A stretch of DNA of 41,476 bases from Bdellovibrionota bacterium. Its GTDB lineage: Bacteria > Bdellovibrionota_C > UBA2361 > JBGSMV01. Position numbers and translations under genes: made by a program. Location: the NCBI GenBank assembly GCA_044356455.1, contig JBIKWF010000031.1, positions 1 to 41,476 on the forward strand. The letters run 5' to 3'. Below are positions 1-8,430 of this stretch, piece after piece (position 1 is the first letter of the stretch; every line of letters starts with the position of its first letter). The notes beneath the pieces are model-generated. The model had not been told where the DNA came from and did not search any database. It worked only from the letters and a program-made list of their open reading frames with translations.

Positions 1-73
1 TGTTCGGCTCTGCTCTTCATGCACCTGCCCTCCTTCTCGGCAGGGCTCTTCTCTCAAAAAAACTCCCCACTCT

Positions 74-250
74 CTACCTGAGCGCGGGAGGACGGATACA
101 AGTATATTCAGAGTCAGCGGAGGATGTAGCCCCGGTAGAGGGAGTTAATGAATCTCGCCACGCTCTACCTGGGGGCGGGAGGACGGATACATGCGGTGCT
201 TGTAGCGCTCTTCAATTCACCGAGCTACCTGGGGCTGGCGGGACGGATAC
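74..250 (-). repeat. Three degenerate CGTC-tagged hairpin repeats
   Basis: CTACCTG(N9)GGACGGATAC at 74-99, 165-190 and 225-250. On the minus strand each reads GTATCCGTCC followed by an imperfect GC-rich hairpin. Confidence 0.75.
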
Positions 251-297
251 CTTCCGTTTCCAGTTCCTACTGATCAATTGGAGTACTAATCAAAATG

Positions 298-324
298 CCA
301 TTAGGGGGCGATGCCCCCTAATGG
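298..324 (-). terminator. Probable intrinsic terminator of ORF 360..917
   Basis: Perfect 12-bp stem CCATTAGGGGGC/GCCCCCTAATGG with a 3-nt loop, followed by CATTTTGATT on the minus strand. Confidence 0.55.
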
Positions 325-359
325 TGATTAATGCAAAATTTCGCCGGAATCTCTTTAGG

Positions 360-917
360 TCATAGGCACGATCTTGGAGGGCTGCCCAGAACTTTTGTAA
401 AGCAAAAAGCTGCATTAGAATTGTAAGTATCAGGACTCTCTCTTCCGATCATGCATTCTAGAAATGCTTTAAGTAAATCCATTTCGCACTGAAAGGTAAT
501 TTGATTGTACCTTTCTTTAAGAACTATCTTAAGCCGCTTTATCCATTTCATGATCAATTTCCAGCGGTTATCCTGTAGAGAGCCACCAAGTTTGTGGGTA
601 GCTGCTACGAATTCACAAAAACTGTATCTACCTTCCGATTCAAGCTGCTCTAATATCACAAGCGCCTGCGAAAGTAGCTCTTGATCTAACGCAACCAATT
701 CCGCGCCGAACTCTAATTCAAGATCAGCCATGTTCTCAAGATAATCGATTGATTTGCTAGGCGCAGATTCAAAGCCATCACTAATGTCACATTCTTCCTG
801 GTCGACAGAAACTTCACTTTGCTTTGGAGTTTCTACATCAGCGGAGGATGTAGCCCCGGCACAGGGAGTTAAAGGGAGCATTTTGCTTCGGGTATATTCT
901 ATTGAGGCTTTGCTCAC
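360..917 (-). CDS. Hypothetical protein (acidic N-terminal half, helical C-terminal half)
   Basis: 185-aa ORF followed by a terminator-like hairpin. Start is uncertain (GTG 917 or a downstream ATG). No family recognised. Confidence 0.5.
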   Translation of the reverse strand: MSKASIEYTRSKMLPLTPCAGATSSADVETPKQSEVSVDQEECDISDGFESAPSKSIDYLENMADLELEFGAELVALDQELLSQALVILEQLESEGRYSFCEFVAATHKLGGSLQDNRWKLIMKWIKRLKIVLKERYNQITFQCEMDLLKAFLECMIGRESPDTYNSNAAFCFTKVLGSPPRSCL

Positions 918-1059
918 TCCCCCTACCCTTCCTTTTCGCCCTTAAGGCCGCGGGGACCCTTCTTCTTCGCCGCATGGCGGAGAGCCCCAGGGCTATATAA
1001 TTTGCTGATGTGCGTACTAGGGTTTCATGATGAGATGATTTTCTTGAGGGCGTATTCAG

Positions 1060-1365
1060 ATGTCATTTACAAGAACCAGTCTCAATCTCGCGGCTATGCC
1101 GCTCGCCTTTACCTTGGCAGCGAATTCAGCCTTCGCGTGCGGCGAGAGTTCCGAAGTCATCGTTTTCTTCCCTTTTCTTGACGAATATATTGAGGGACAG
1201 CTGGGGCTTCTGATGATGCTCTTTTTTGCGCTGACGTCGCTAGTGCTGTTTGCCGCTGCCATAAGAAAGCGTAGCAGACGTTTTGCCTGGCGCGGCGTAG
1301 GCACGTTGTTTTGTGCTATCTTAATTTTTATTTTGCGCTCACTTATCTATACTTTTTTTTGCTGA
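1060..1365 (+). CDS. Small membrane protein, TrbC/VirB2 pilin-like architecture
   Basis: Signal-peptide-like N-terminus ending AFA, then two hydrophobic helices separated by a basic loop (RKRSRR). Confidence 0.55.
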   Translation: MSFTRTSLNLAAMPLAFTLAANSAFACGESSEVIVFFPFLDEYIEGQLGLLMMLFFALTSLVLFAAAIRKRSRRFAWRGVGTLFCAILIFILRSLIYTFFC

Positions 1366-1861
1366 GCGAAATGCCTCTGGCCTGCTCTCTTTGCTCCAAG
1401 TCGTCGTCAGATATCTCTTTATCCTATTCTCACTCCCCTACTCTTTCTCTTCGCTAGCACCGCCGCCAATACCACGAGCTCCACAACAGGAGCTCTTCGA
1501 TGAAATCACTGGCGACTTCATCTAAACGATGGCCGCGGGTGTCCTGCGTCCGTGCCTAGCCGTGAATGCCAAAAGCGACCCCTTACTAGACCCCGACCGA
1601 TGCTTAGAGACCATCTTGTGCTGAGAATTGCGGCATCACTCTGCTTCGCTACACAATCAGGCAATAACTCCATCCAGAAAACTACCGATACTTCAATCTC
1701 ACTAAACCAAATTTCCAGGACGTCGAACTAACTCCCTTATTCTATTGAGCATCATTGGTCTTCCTATACCTAGACTTTTCCGGTGCCTAAAAATGCTACG
1801 TTTTTTGCTGCCTGCCAATAACTGACTAGTCAACCGCTTTAACCGAATGCTTGAAGGTAGT

Positions 1862-3163
1862 ATGCAAAGTTTTGAGGGGAGGACCACACACAAAAATTCG
1901 ACCTCTGTTCGCGAGTCGAGCGCCGCCCCACTTACTGATACTATACAAGCATCCTACGGCATAATGGGACTCGGTTTGTGGAATGACTTCATCAAGCGCT
2001 TACAAGAGCTTGATCCTGAAGCGAAAATAGATCCTAGAAAACTGGATACGCCCATGAGCTTCGAGGTTCGAGGCTTTAGTAGAAGTTTGGAACCGACTGA
2101 TATCACTTCAGTCACAAATTTAGAGAATGAAGCCTGGGCTATCGAGGTCACACCTCATGAGAATGGCTTGATTGCCAAATTTCAGAATGTGAAAGAGAGA
2201 TTTTCAGTCGGACCTGGAATTGCGCCTATTATTTTTGATAAAACGGAAATATCACCCGGCATTCTTGTTAGAAATCCGTACTTTAGCGCCCATACAGTCA
2301 ATCTAGACCCGGCCCATCGGCACAACTTTGTTGATAGCTTTGATCTCACATCCTTTCCACAGGGCAAAACAAATCGCGAATTGATTGAACAAGTCAGGCC
2401 CGTCCATAGTGGGATTCCTTTTGACCCAGGTCAATTCGAATCCAACGCGACATCTAAACTCAGCGCGCTTAGAAGTGGTGTATTAAACCTGAATGCCGAC
2501 CTTGGGGCACAACACGTCCTGCGCAACGTCCTTCGACATACGGTAGTAACCTCCCCTGATATGGACGGCCGCGAACAAGCGTCATACGTAATCGTCTCCC
2601 ATGGGCACGCGATTGCAATCCTGGCTGAATTGTCAGGGATGGTTCGAACACTACAGAATGGTCAACGAGAGACACTTTTCGATGTCTCTGCATACATGCC
2701 GATGGGGGGGTGGGGCAGTAACTTTGCGAGAACTGCCTGCGCTGGCGAGGCTACCCAAGTCTGGGGTGATGTGATTCAGAGGAATCGGGCCGAACATTCT
2801 AAGGATGGCCTGGGTTGGGCTGGTGGCGTTGCAGTTGGGCTAAATGGGCATCGCGGCGATAAAGATGACTCCGCCGGATGGGGCGCCGCAAATATCGACC
2901 CTAATCTCGTTTTTGGCTCTCCTAGGGAATTTGCACGAAATCTTCAGGAGAGGGGCCTGCATCGGCTTGTTATCTTGACGGAACATTATGTGGAGGACCC
3001 GGATCGAGCAAACATTCATGCTCTCGAGACGTTGCAAAGGAGTAGATCCGATACGTTCGATCTGGCAAATTCCGACTTGTATGCATGGGCAAAGAGCTTA
3101 AAGGATGATTTTGGCGTCGAAGTTATTGTAGCAAGCTGCGAACATCGGCGTGCGGAGGCTTAG
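1862..3163 (+). CDS. Hypothetical protein
   Basis: Long open frame (from 1847; ATG 1862 follows GAAGG). Gly-rich C-terminal domain. No family recognised. Confidence 0.7.
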   Translation: MQSFEGRTTHKNSTSVRESSAAPLTDTIQASYGIMGLGLWNDFIKRLQELDPEAKIDPRKLDTPMSFEVRGFSRSLEPTDITSVTNLENEAWAIEVTPHENGLIAKFQNVKERFSVGPGIAPIIFDKTEISPGILVRNPYFSAHTVNLDPAHRHNFVDSFDLTSFPQGKTNRELIEQVRPVHSGIPFDPGQFESNATSKLSALRSGVLNLNADLGAQHVLRNVLRHTVVTSPDMDGREQASYVIVSHGHAIAILAELSGMVRTLQNGQRETLFDVSAYMPMGGWGSNFARTACAGEATQVWGDVIQRNRAEHSKDGLGWAGGVAVGLNGHRGDKDDSAGWGAANIDPNLVFGSPREFARNLQERGLHRLVILTEHYVEDPDRANIHALETLQRSRSDTFDLANSDLYAWAKSLKDDFGVEVIVASCEHRRAEA

Positions 3164-3257
3164 TCTACTCCACGTTAGCGGGGGGAGAGGATTTCTATAT
3201 GACCTTACCCAAGGCGCTTGGTACTTGCGTTTGGTGCGAGATCAAATCGGGATGCGC

Positions 3258-3345
3258 TTAAAAGAGCGATTTTAAGAGTTTGACGACCTTCTCGAAGGCC
3301 GCTTAATTTCATGGCAACAGATCTTGATTTCCCGCCCTTCGTCAT
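3258..3345 (-). pseudogene. Probable internally deleted AbiEii-type toxin remnant
   Basis: ATG overlaps the AbiEi stop (ATGA) and encodes MTKGGKSRSVAMKLSGL. It joins out of frame to FEKVVKLLKSLF-stop. Confidence 0.5.
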
Positions 3346-3962
3346 TGTGCAAGACCCGCAAGAATTGACGGCCACACCTTTTCGAGTACCGGAAGCTTAT
3401 CCATTTTATTCGCCATCGAAAAAATCTTTTCTGGTGTAGTTAGCTTTCTTCTCAGCGCTCTTAATATTGCGAGCTGACCAACTTGTTCACCAATTTTTGT
3501 TGCATATACCAATGCATCAATTAGGGCCCGCTCAAGCGTACTTATCCGGTACTGGCCCTTGTCCTGTACCCCTTCGGTGAGATCTCTACTAGTTCTGAGG
3601 AGTCTATACTTCTTATCAGTTGTTCTCACCTCTGGTGGAACCAAAACCCAAATCTGGGAAGGAGACTCATCGAGAAGTGAATAATGGGATAGTGCGGTGA
3701 GACCCCCTATAACGCCCCTCCCTTCAAGCTTTCTGTCAGCGAGGGCGTAGTCCCCTTCTTCTCCCACTGGCTCATTCCCTGCTACTGAGTAGATACCGCG
3801 CTGAAGCCGGGTAACTTTTTTTTCCTCCAGTAGGCGCAGAACTTCGGGATGAGATAATCCAGCTTCATTTGCCTCTGCTAAGGTGAATGAAGGTAATTTG
3901 GCTAATTGAGCCAATAAAGGCCCACGTCGTTCATATTTTCGGGCTTTCCTCACTTTTGACAT
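3342..3962 (-). CDS. Type IV toxin-antitoxin AbiEi-family antitoxin/transcriptional regulator
   Basis: wHTH ending RLQRGIY, then GVIGGLTALSHYSLLDESPSQIWV and STLERALID, which are typical AbiEi motifs. Confidence 0.85.
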   Translation of the reverse strand: MSKVRKARKYERRGPLLAQLAKLPSFTLAEANEAGLSHPEVLRLLEEKKVTRLQRGIYSVAGNEPVGEEGDYALADRKLEGRGVIGGLTALSHYSLLDESPSQIWVLVPPEVRTTDKKYRLLRTSRDLTEGVQDKGQYRISTLERALIDALVYATKIGEQVGQLAILRALRRKLTTPEKIFSMANKMDKLPVLEKVWPSILAGLAQ

Positions 3963-4006
3963 TTACATAACATGACACATTGTCGCAACTATGTCAAAAT
4001 ATGTAA
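3954..4006. promoter_or_regulatory. Inverted-repeat operator upstream of AbiEi
   Basis: TTACATAacaTGACA (3963-3977) and TGTCAaaaTATGTAA (3992-4006), 12/15 match. Also TTTTGACAT/ATGTCAAAA. AbiEi proteins autoregulate through promoter inverted repeats. Confidence 0.6.
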
Positions 4007-4251
4007 TACAGGCTTGGGGTTCAGCATTAAGAATGGACGAGGAAAGGAGGCGAGAAATACTGGCGAATTGCTGAATTTTCTATGACCTACCTTATTAACC
4101 CGGTCCTCGTTTTCATCTTTGAGACTCCCCCCTACTCTTTCTTTTCGCCCTCAAAGCCATAGGGTATCTTCTTCCTCGCCCCGTGGCCGCTTGAGGGTTC
4201 TGTCAGACGTTATAAGCAGCTCGAAGACGAATTCTGTAGGGCGAAGATTTT

Positions 4252-4917
4252 ATGCCGATCTTTAGACTCGTAATCTGCGACCGCCCCGGAAGGCTCGATC
4301 CATTCGAGCAGCTTTTGCGCGAAGCGATCGTAACCTGCAATTCTCGCATCCCTCAAATCTTCACACCGAAAGATTTTTCCATGCCCTCGGTTGATGTGGT
4401 GGCTTATGTAAACCCCGCCTTCACCATTCAAGGCCTCGGAATTGGTGGTTACTCCCCCTCTGCGAATGTAATTCTGCTCTCTGTGAATTCAGAGTTCCCT
4501 GAACTTGAGCTAAGTCTGAGAGAGGAACTTCCCGGAACCTTGGCCCACGAACTTCATCACTGCATAAGGTGGGGACACCAGGGGTACGGCACGACGCTCA
4601 TGGAAGCCCTCGTTACGGAAGGCTTGGCCTGCGATTTCGAGCGAACTTTTCGTAGCGGGACCAGGGCGCGCTATATTCCAGATCTTTCGCTAGATACTCG
4701 AGCAACGCTTATGAAACTCGCCGCCGGCGAGCTAGATTCCACATCCTACCGGCACAATGATTGGTTTTTCGGTTCAAGAGAGAGAGAAATTCCGCCCTGC
4801 GCAGGTTACGCGCTTGGATTATTTCTTGTGGATAACTACAAACTCGCGACTGGGAGGCGAACTGAAGAGATTGTTAATTTGACGGCTGCGGAGGTAAAAC
4901 GCACTACTTTGATGTAA
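4252..4917 (+). CDS. DUF2268-family putative Zn-dependent protease
   Basis: LAHELHH zinc motif, EALVTEGLA third-ligand motif and GYALG motif. Confidence 0.85.
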   Translation: MPIFRLVICDRPGRLDPFEQLLREAIVTCNSRIPQIFTPKDFSMPSVDVVAYVNPAFTIQGLGIGGYSPSANVILLSVNSEFPELELSLREELPGTLAHELHHCIRWGHQGYGTTLMEALVTEGLACDFERTFRSGTRARYIPDLSLDTRATLMKLAAGELDSTSYRHNDWFFGSREREIPPCAGYALGLFLVDNYKLATGRRTEEIVNLTAAEVKRTTLM

Positions 4918-5090
4918 TTCAGGTGCTCGTCTTAATCAGCCAACATTGGGTTTATTGTCTCGCATTATCTTGGCAAATCTGACGCGAAACCACCTCCCAA
5001 TATCTGCGACAATCGAGAATAGAAAGAGAAGCGTGCCCCAAAAAAAACCACTGAACACCTAGCCCGGATGGCCAATTCTCAACGGAAATC

Positions 5091-6047
5091 TCACGGACCC
5101 GAAGGGGTCCCGTGAGATATAAAGGTTAGTGTAGCTTCAAGAACCGGTTGCGTTCTTTGAATATTCTCTTCTAAAAGACGGGGATAGCGGTCGCGTGCCC
5201 AAGCTGCCGCGCGCATCAATCTGTATAGGATGAATCGATTTAGGTCAGAAGCAATCCGGCCCAGCTCTTTACCATCGGCCCCGTATCCTTCTAAGAAAGT
5301 CTTAGTCACTTCCGTTTCCGGCCCCCGATCGGCAGCGATACAAGCCAATTGATAGAGGGGAACCGGAGCGATGTTAGCCATTTCGAGATCGAGCAGATAA
5401 ATCTGATCGTAATCCGAATCACAAATCACGGCATTGCCGATTGTTAAATCAAATACGCAAACTCCTTGAGGAGCGTTAATGCTGGCGCACTCCAATAAGT
5501 AGTTGCGGATCAGCTCCTGCTCATCCGCGGACAGTAAACCATGGTCCAACCAAAAGCTGTCTTTGAAGACTAGCCCTACATCGGAAGCGACTTGTTGCTC
5601 CCAGCCCATTGGGAAATAGGCAGTTTCTGCGCTTCCAGCCTCTGGGGGACGCACTTGATTTAAGAAGGAAGCATATCTCCCGAGAGTTCTCCACACTCGT
5701 AGTTGGTCAATTCCGTCCCCGATCGGTTTGCTTCCGACGATAAATGGAGCGACTGAATAGGAGTGACCAGAGATTATTCCGCAGCCCAGAATCTTGGGGG
5801 TCAGGACGGGGGTCGACTCCAGCTGGGCAAAACACCAAGCCTCTCTTTGGAATCTGAAAAGGTGAGATTCCACATTCGTTCGCACTACAAAGCGTTCATG
5901 AGCCGTGTGTGCAATGGTCACGGAATTATTCATTCCGATTCCTTTGATGTGCTCGATTGAGTCGGTTTTTTCACCCGTTACGTCTCGAACTATCGCCGAA
6001 ACAAGAGCCTCGCTGTTTTCTGGGATCTGACCTGCAACTTCTCTCAT
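5091..6047 (-). CDS. Aminoglycoside phosphotransferase (APH)-like kinase
   Basis: GMNNSV loop, FVVR, REAW, catalytic-loop variant VFDLTIGN and metal-binding LLDLE. Confidence 0.8.
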   Translation of the reverse strand: MREVAGQIPENSEALVSAIVRDVTGEKTDSIEHIKGIGMNNSVTIAHTAHERFVVRTNVESHLFRFQREAWCFAQLESTPVLTPKILGCGIISGHSYSVAPFIVGSKPIGDGIDQLRVWRTLGRYASFLNQVRPPEAGSAETAYFPMGWEQQVASDVGLVFKDSFWLDHGLLSADEQELIRNYLLECASINAPQGVCVFDLTIGNAVICDSDYDQIYLLDLEMANIAPVPLYQLACIAADRGPETEVTKTFLEGYGADGKELGRIASDLNRFILYRLMRAAAWARDRYPRLLEENIQRTQPVLEATLTFISHGTPSGP

Positions 6048-6132
6048 AAAAGCCCCGAAAATTTAGAAATGCATAATGATTAGTGACCGGTTCGGGGCCG
6101 AATCCGCGTCGAGCCGCTTATTACCCCCGCTT

Positions 6133-6438
6133 TTACTCACTAACAAGACTCTCGGCATCGCAGCGCCCCCCCCAGTTTGAGGCGGGAACTCCAATCAACC
6201 CACTGAGGAAAAGTATAGCCACCATGACCATCGACCCGGCCATATAAATCCAACGACGCTTCAGAAGTAGGACGGGTACCGAGAGCAAATAGAGGCCCAT
6301 TGCGATGGAACCATCCATACAGTTCAATTCGGAAAGGATAGATTCAGGTGAAAATCCGGCCCATGAGCCAAGCATCCCAAAAAGGATGAGAAGGGCTAAG
6401 GGCAAAAAGAAGAGCAGAATGGGGAAAGCTCGCTTCAT
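6133..6438 (-). CDS. Small membrane protein (three hydrophobic segments)
   Basis: 101-aa hydrophobic ORF whose start overlaps the stop of the upstream ORF. Confidence 0.6.
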   Translation of the reverse strand: MKRAFPILLFFLPLALLILFGMLGSWAGFSPESILSELNCMDGSIAMGLYLLSVPVLLLKRRWIYMAGSMVMVAILFLSGLIGVPASNWGGRCDAESLVSE

Positions 6439-6665
6439 ATCTCTTCATATCTCTGCCGGACAGCGGCTGGCAATGCCCGCCGGAAGTGCCGGTAACTCTG
6501 CTCATCAAGATCTATCCACTGAGGGTAGTGCCCGTAGAAAACGCCAGACCAATGATAGAAAAGTTTTTGAGCGCGCGCGGCAGGGTATTTGGTGAGGCAG
6601 TGACCATCAAAGTTGTGGTGATAGATGAAAGCTTGGGACAGCGCCACGTGAAATATTTTTTGCAA
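6435..6665 (-). pseudogene. Probable 3' fragment of a longer gene
   Basis: Protein-like 76-aa frame with a weak TTG start and no SD. It is coupled to the next gene and begins close to the REP at 6734. Confidence 0.35.
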
Positions 6666-6733
6666 CAGATTGACGTCCCTGGTGAGTCAAGTACGGGCCA
6701 CTCTGGCTAACGAAAGCGGCCCGGTGCGTATCC

Positions 6734-6831
6734 CCCGTCACCTAAAGGTGCCGCGGCCGTGGGCCCGTCACCTACCGCCTCCTGAAGGAGGCGAGACTTA
6801 CGCCAGTCATTTGATGCCTCCTTGAGGAGGC
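6734..6831 (+). repeat. CGTC-tagged REP-like cluster
   Basis: CCCGTCACCTAAAGGTGCCGCGG...CCGTCACCTACCGCCTCCTGAAGGAGGCG. 6734-6795 matches 9529-9590 at 58/62 nt. Confidence 0.85.
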
Positions 6832-6943
6832 TGGGCTTGCGATGGAGAAGAGGATGAGGCTGAGGGTCTCCCCTTTTCCCGGCTATGCTTCGTAGACATT
6901 CACACCAACAAAATACGCAATAACAACATGTTAGCCATCTCAT

Positions 6944-6988
6944 TTTAGCATAACTACCCATTGATGGTTACTGGGTAGTTATGCTAAA
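6944..6988. promoter_or_regulatory. Perfect 17-bp inverted-repeat operator of AbiEi
   Basis: TTTAGCATAACTACCCA-N11-TGGGTAGTTATGCTAAA, ending 8 nt before ATG 6997. Confidence 0.8.
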
Positions 6989-6996
6989 TTAAGCTT

Positions 6997-7590
6997 ATGA
7001 GACCTTCGGCTCTTCAAACGATACGACCACTTCTTAAGAAGCCTAGCTTTACCGCCGCCGAGGCCAAAGTTTATGGAGTAAGTTCAAGTCTCCTCGCCTA
7101 CTACCTAAAGAAGGGCGAGCTAGAGAAGATAGCGCATGGCGTCTATCGAGGTAATGAATCAGAGAGAATGCAAATCCCCTTTGAATGGGAAGACCTCATC
7201 TCGATGGCGGCAAGTATTCCCAACGCTAGAGTCTGTCTCATCTCGGCCCTCGCTCTGTACGAACTTACCGATGAAATCCCAAGACAGTTCTGGCTTGCAA
7301 TTCCACACAAGCAATTTGCTCCAGTGAGACCAAAAGCAAGAATTATTCGAATGCGAGATGTGGAAACGGGAAGCACTCGACTACGCCTTGGCTCTGCGAC
7401 AATTCAGATCTTTGACCGGGAGAGGACCGTAATTGACTCCTTCCGTTTTCTTGGACCAGAGACTGCAATTAAATCCCTAAGGAATTATCTGACGGGGAAG
7501 CATGGGAAGCCAGATCTGGTAAAGCTTAGAAAGTACTCGCGCAAGCTGAAAACTCCGATAGACAAATACGTTGAGGCGTTCACTATCTGA
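6997..7590 (+). CDS. Type IV toxin-antitoxin AbiEi-family antitoxin
   Basis: EKIAHGVY wHTH, VCLISALALYELTDEIP, FDRERTVID. No toxin gene follows. Confidence 0.9.
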   Translation: MRPSALQTIRPLLKKPSFTAAEAKVYGVSSSLLAYYLKKGELEKIAHGVYRGNESERMQIPFEWEDLISMAASIPNARVCLISALALYELTDEIPRQFWLAIPHKQFAPVRPKARIIRMRDVETGSTRLRLGSATIQIFDRERTVIDSFRFLGPETAIKSLRNYLTGKHGKPDLVKLRKYSRKLKTPIDKYVEAFTI

Positions 7591-7640
7591 AATCAGCTAC
7601 CTTATAAGCACGAACGCTCAGTGAAAACAGAATAAGGGCT

Positions 7641-8270
7641 TTACTCGTAAAAGAGGGGCATCAACCTCAAGTATTTCGAAGCTCCAATCTTGAGAATCTT
7701 ATTTACCGCGCCAAGCGAGAATTCCTTCGGGTCATAATTCGGGTAAAGGCTATCGAGCCAATAAATCATCGCCTCAAATTCTTCATTCTCGGGGTCAGAA
7801 ATTATTTCTTTCAATCGATCAAACCCAGGAAAACTTCCGCAGTCCTCGGGCGGACAGGCATTCTCTCCACCGATACAGCGAGGGACATCAAACATAACCT
7901 CGTCTTCTCCGACGATACGCTCGAATCGAAGGTTGTGCTCCCATGAGTCGCCAAAGTCGTATTCGTAGACAAGAGAGTCGCCTGGATTTTTGAAAATACT
8001 TGCGATTTTGGTCTTTCGAGCATCCATAAATTTGACATCGTGCCAATCGTCTTCGGGGCTCGGTTCAGCAATCACAAGCCCACTGGCTCTGAACATAGAA
8101 AGATGAGAATTCATCCACCCCATCGTGACCTGAATGATCTCGTGAAGCTGATACATTGAAAGGGAACCCGGAACTAGGAAGCGTCGCCACACTCGAGGCT
8201 CGGTCGGCTCAAGCTCGATATACATCTCAATTATTCTTGATGTCTTAATCTTTGTAACTTTTGCTGCCAT
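7641..8270 (-). CDS. Plasmid pRiA4b ORF-3 family protein
   Basis: VWRRFLVP, LHEIIQ..MGW...HL, YEYDFGDSWEH and CPPEDCG motifs. SD GGGGAG precedes ATG 8270. Confidence 0.92.
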   Translation of the reverse strand: MAAKVTKIKTSRIIEMYIELEPTEPRVWRRFLVPGSLSMYQLHEIIQVTMGWMNSHLSMFRASGLVIAEPSPEDDWHDVKFMDARKTKIASIFKNPGDSLVYEYDFGDSWEHNLRFERIVGEDEVMFDVPRCIGGENACPPEDCGSFPGFDRLKEIISDPENEEFEAMIYWLDSLYPNYDPKEFSLGAVNKILKIGASKYLRLMPLFYE

Positions 8271-8285
8271 CGTTCTCCCCACATT

Positions 8286-8430
8286 CTACAAATCAAAGTG
8301 GTCTTTAAGAGTTTGCCTACCCTGATCAATGGTAAACCCTGCTTCAACTATCGATTCAATCGAAGCTGTTTCGAGCGCATTGAGCAAAGGAGTCTGTAAA
8401 ATGCTTCAATCCGTGGACTTCTTCACTCAT
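8286..8430 (-). pseudogene. Probable internally deleted partner gene (nucleotidyltransferase-like toxin)
   Basis: ATG overlaps the upstream stop (ATGAGTGA) and encodes MSEEVHGLKHFTD. It shifts into a frame PLLNALETASIESIVEAGFTIDQGRQTLKDHFDL-stop, which ends just before the next SD. Confidence 0.55.

Noticed and set aside
74..250. CRISPR array
   Set aside because: Only three degenerate repeats with unequal spacing (65 and 34 nt) and no cas genes in view. Better explained as CGTC-tagged hairpins.
114..872. Diversity-generating retroelement template/variable repeat pair
   Set aside because: The match is only 35 nt, lies near the gene's 5' end, and no reverse transcriptase is present.
3191..4091. 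Short direct repeats (TATGACCT..ACC) flanking the first AbiEi cassette
   Set aside because: Only an 8-nt exact core with gaps, which is too weak to distinguish from chance.
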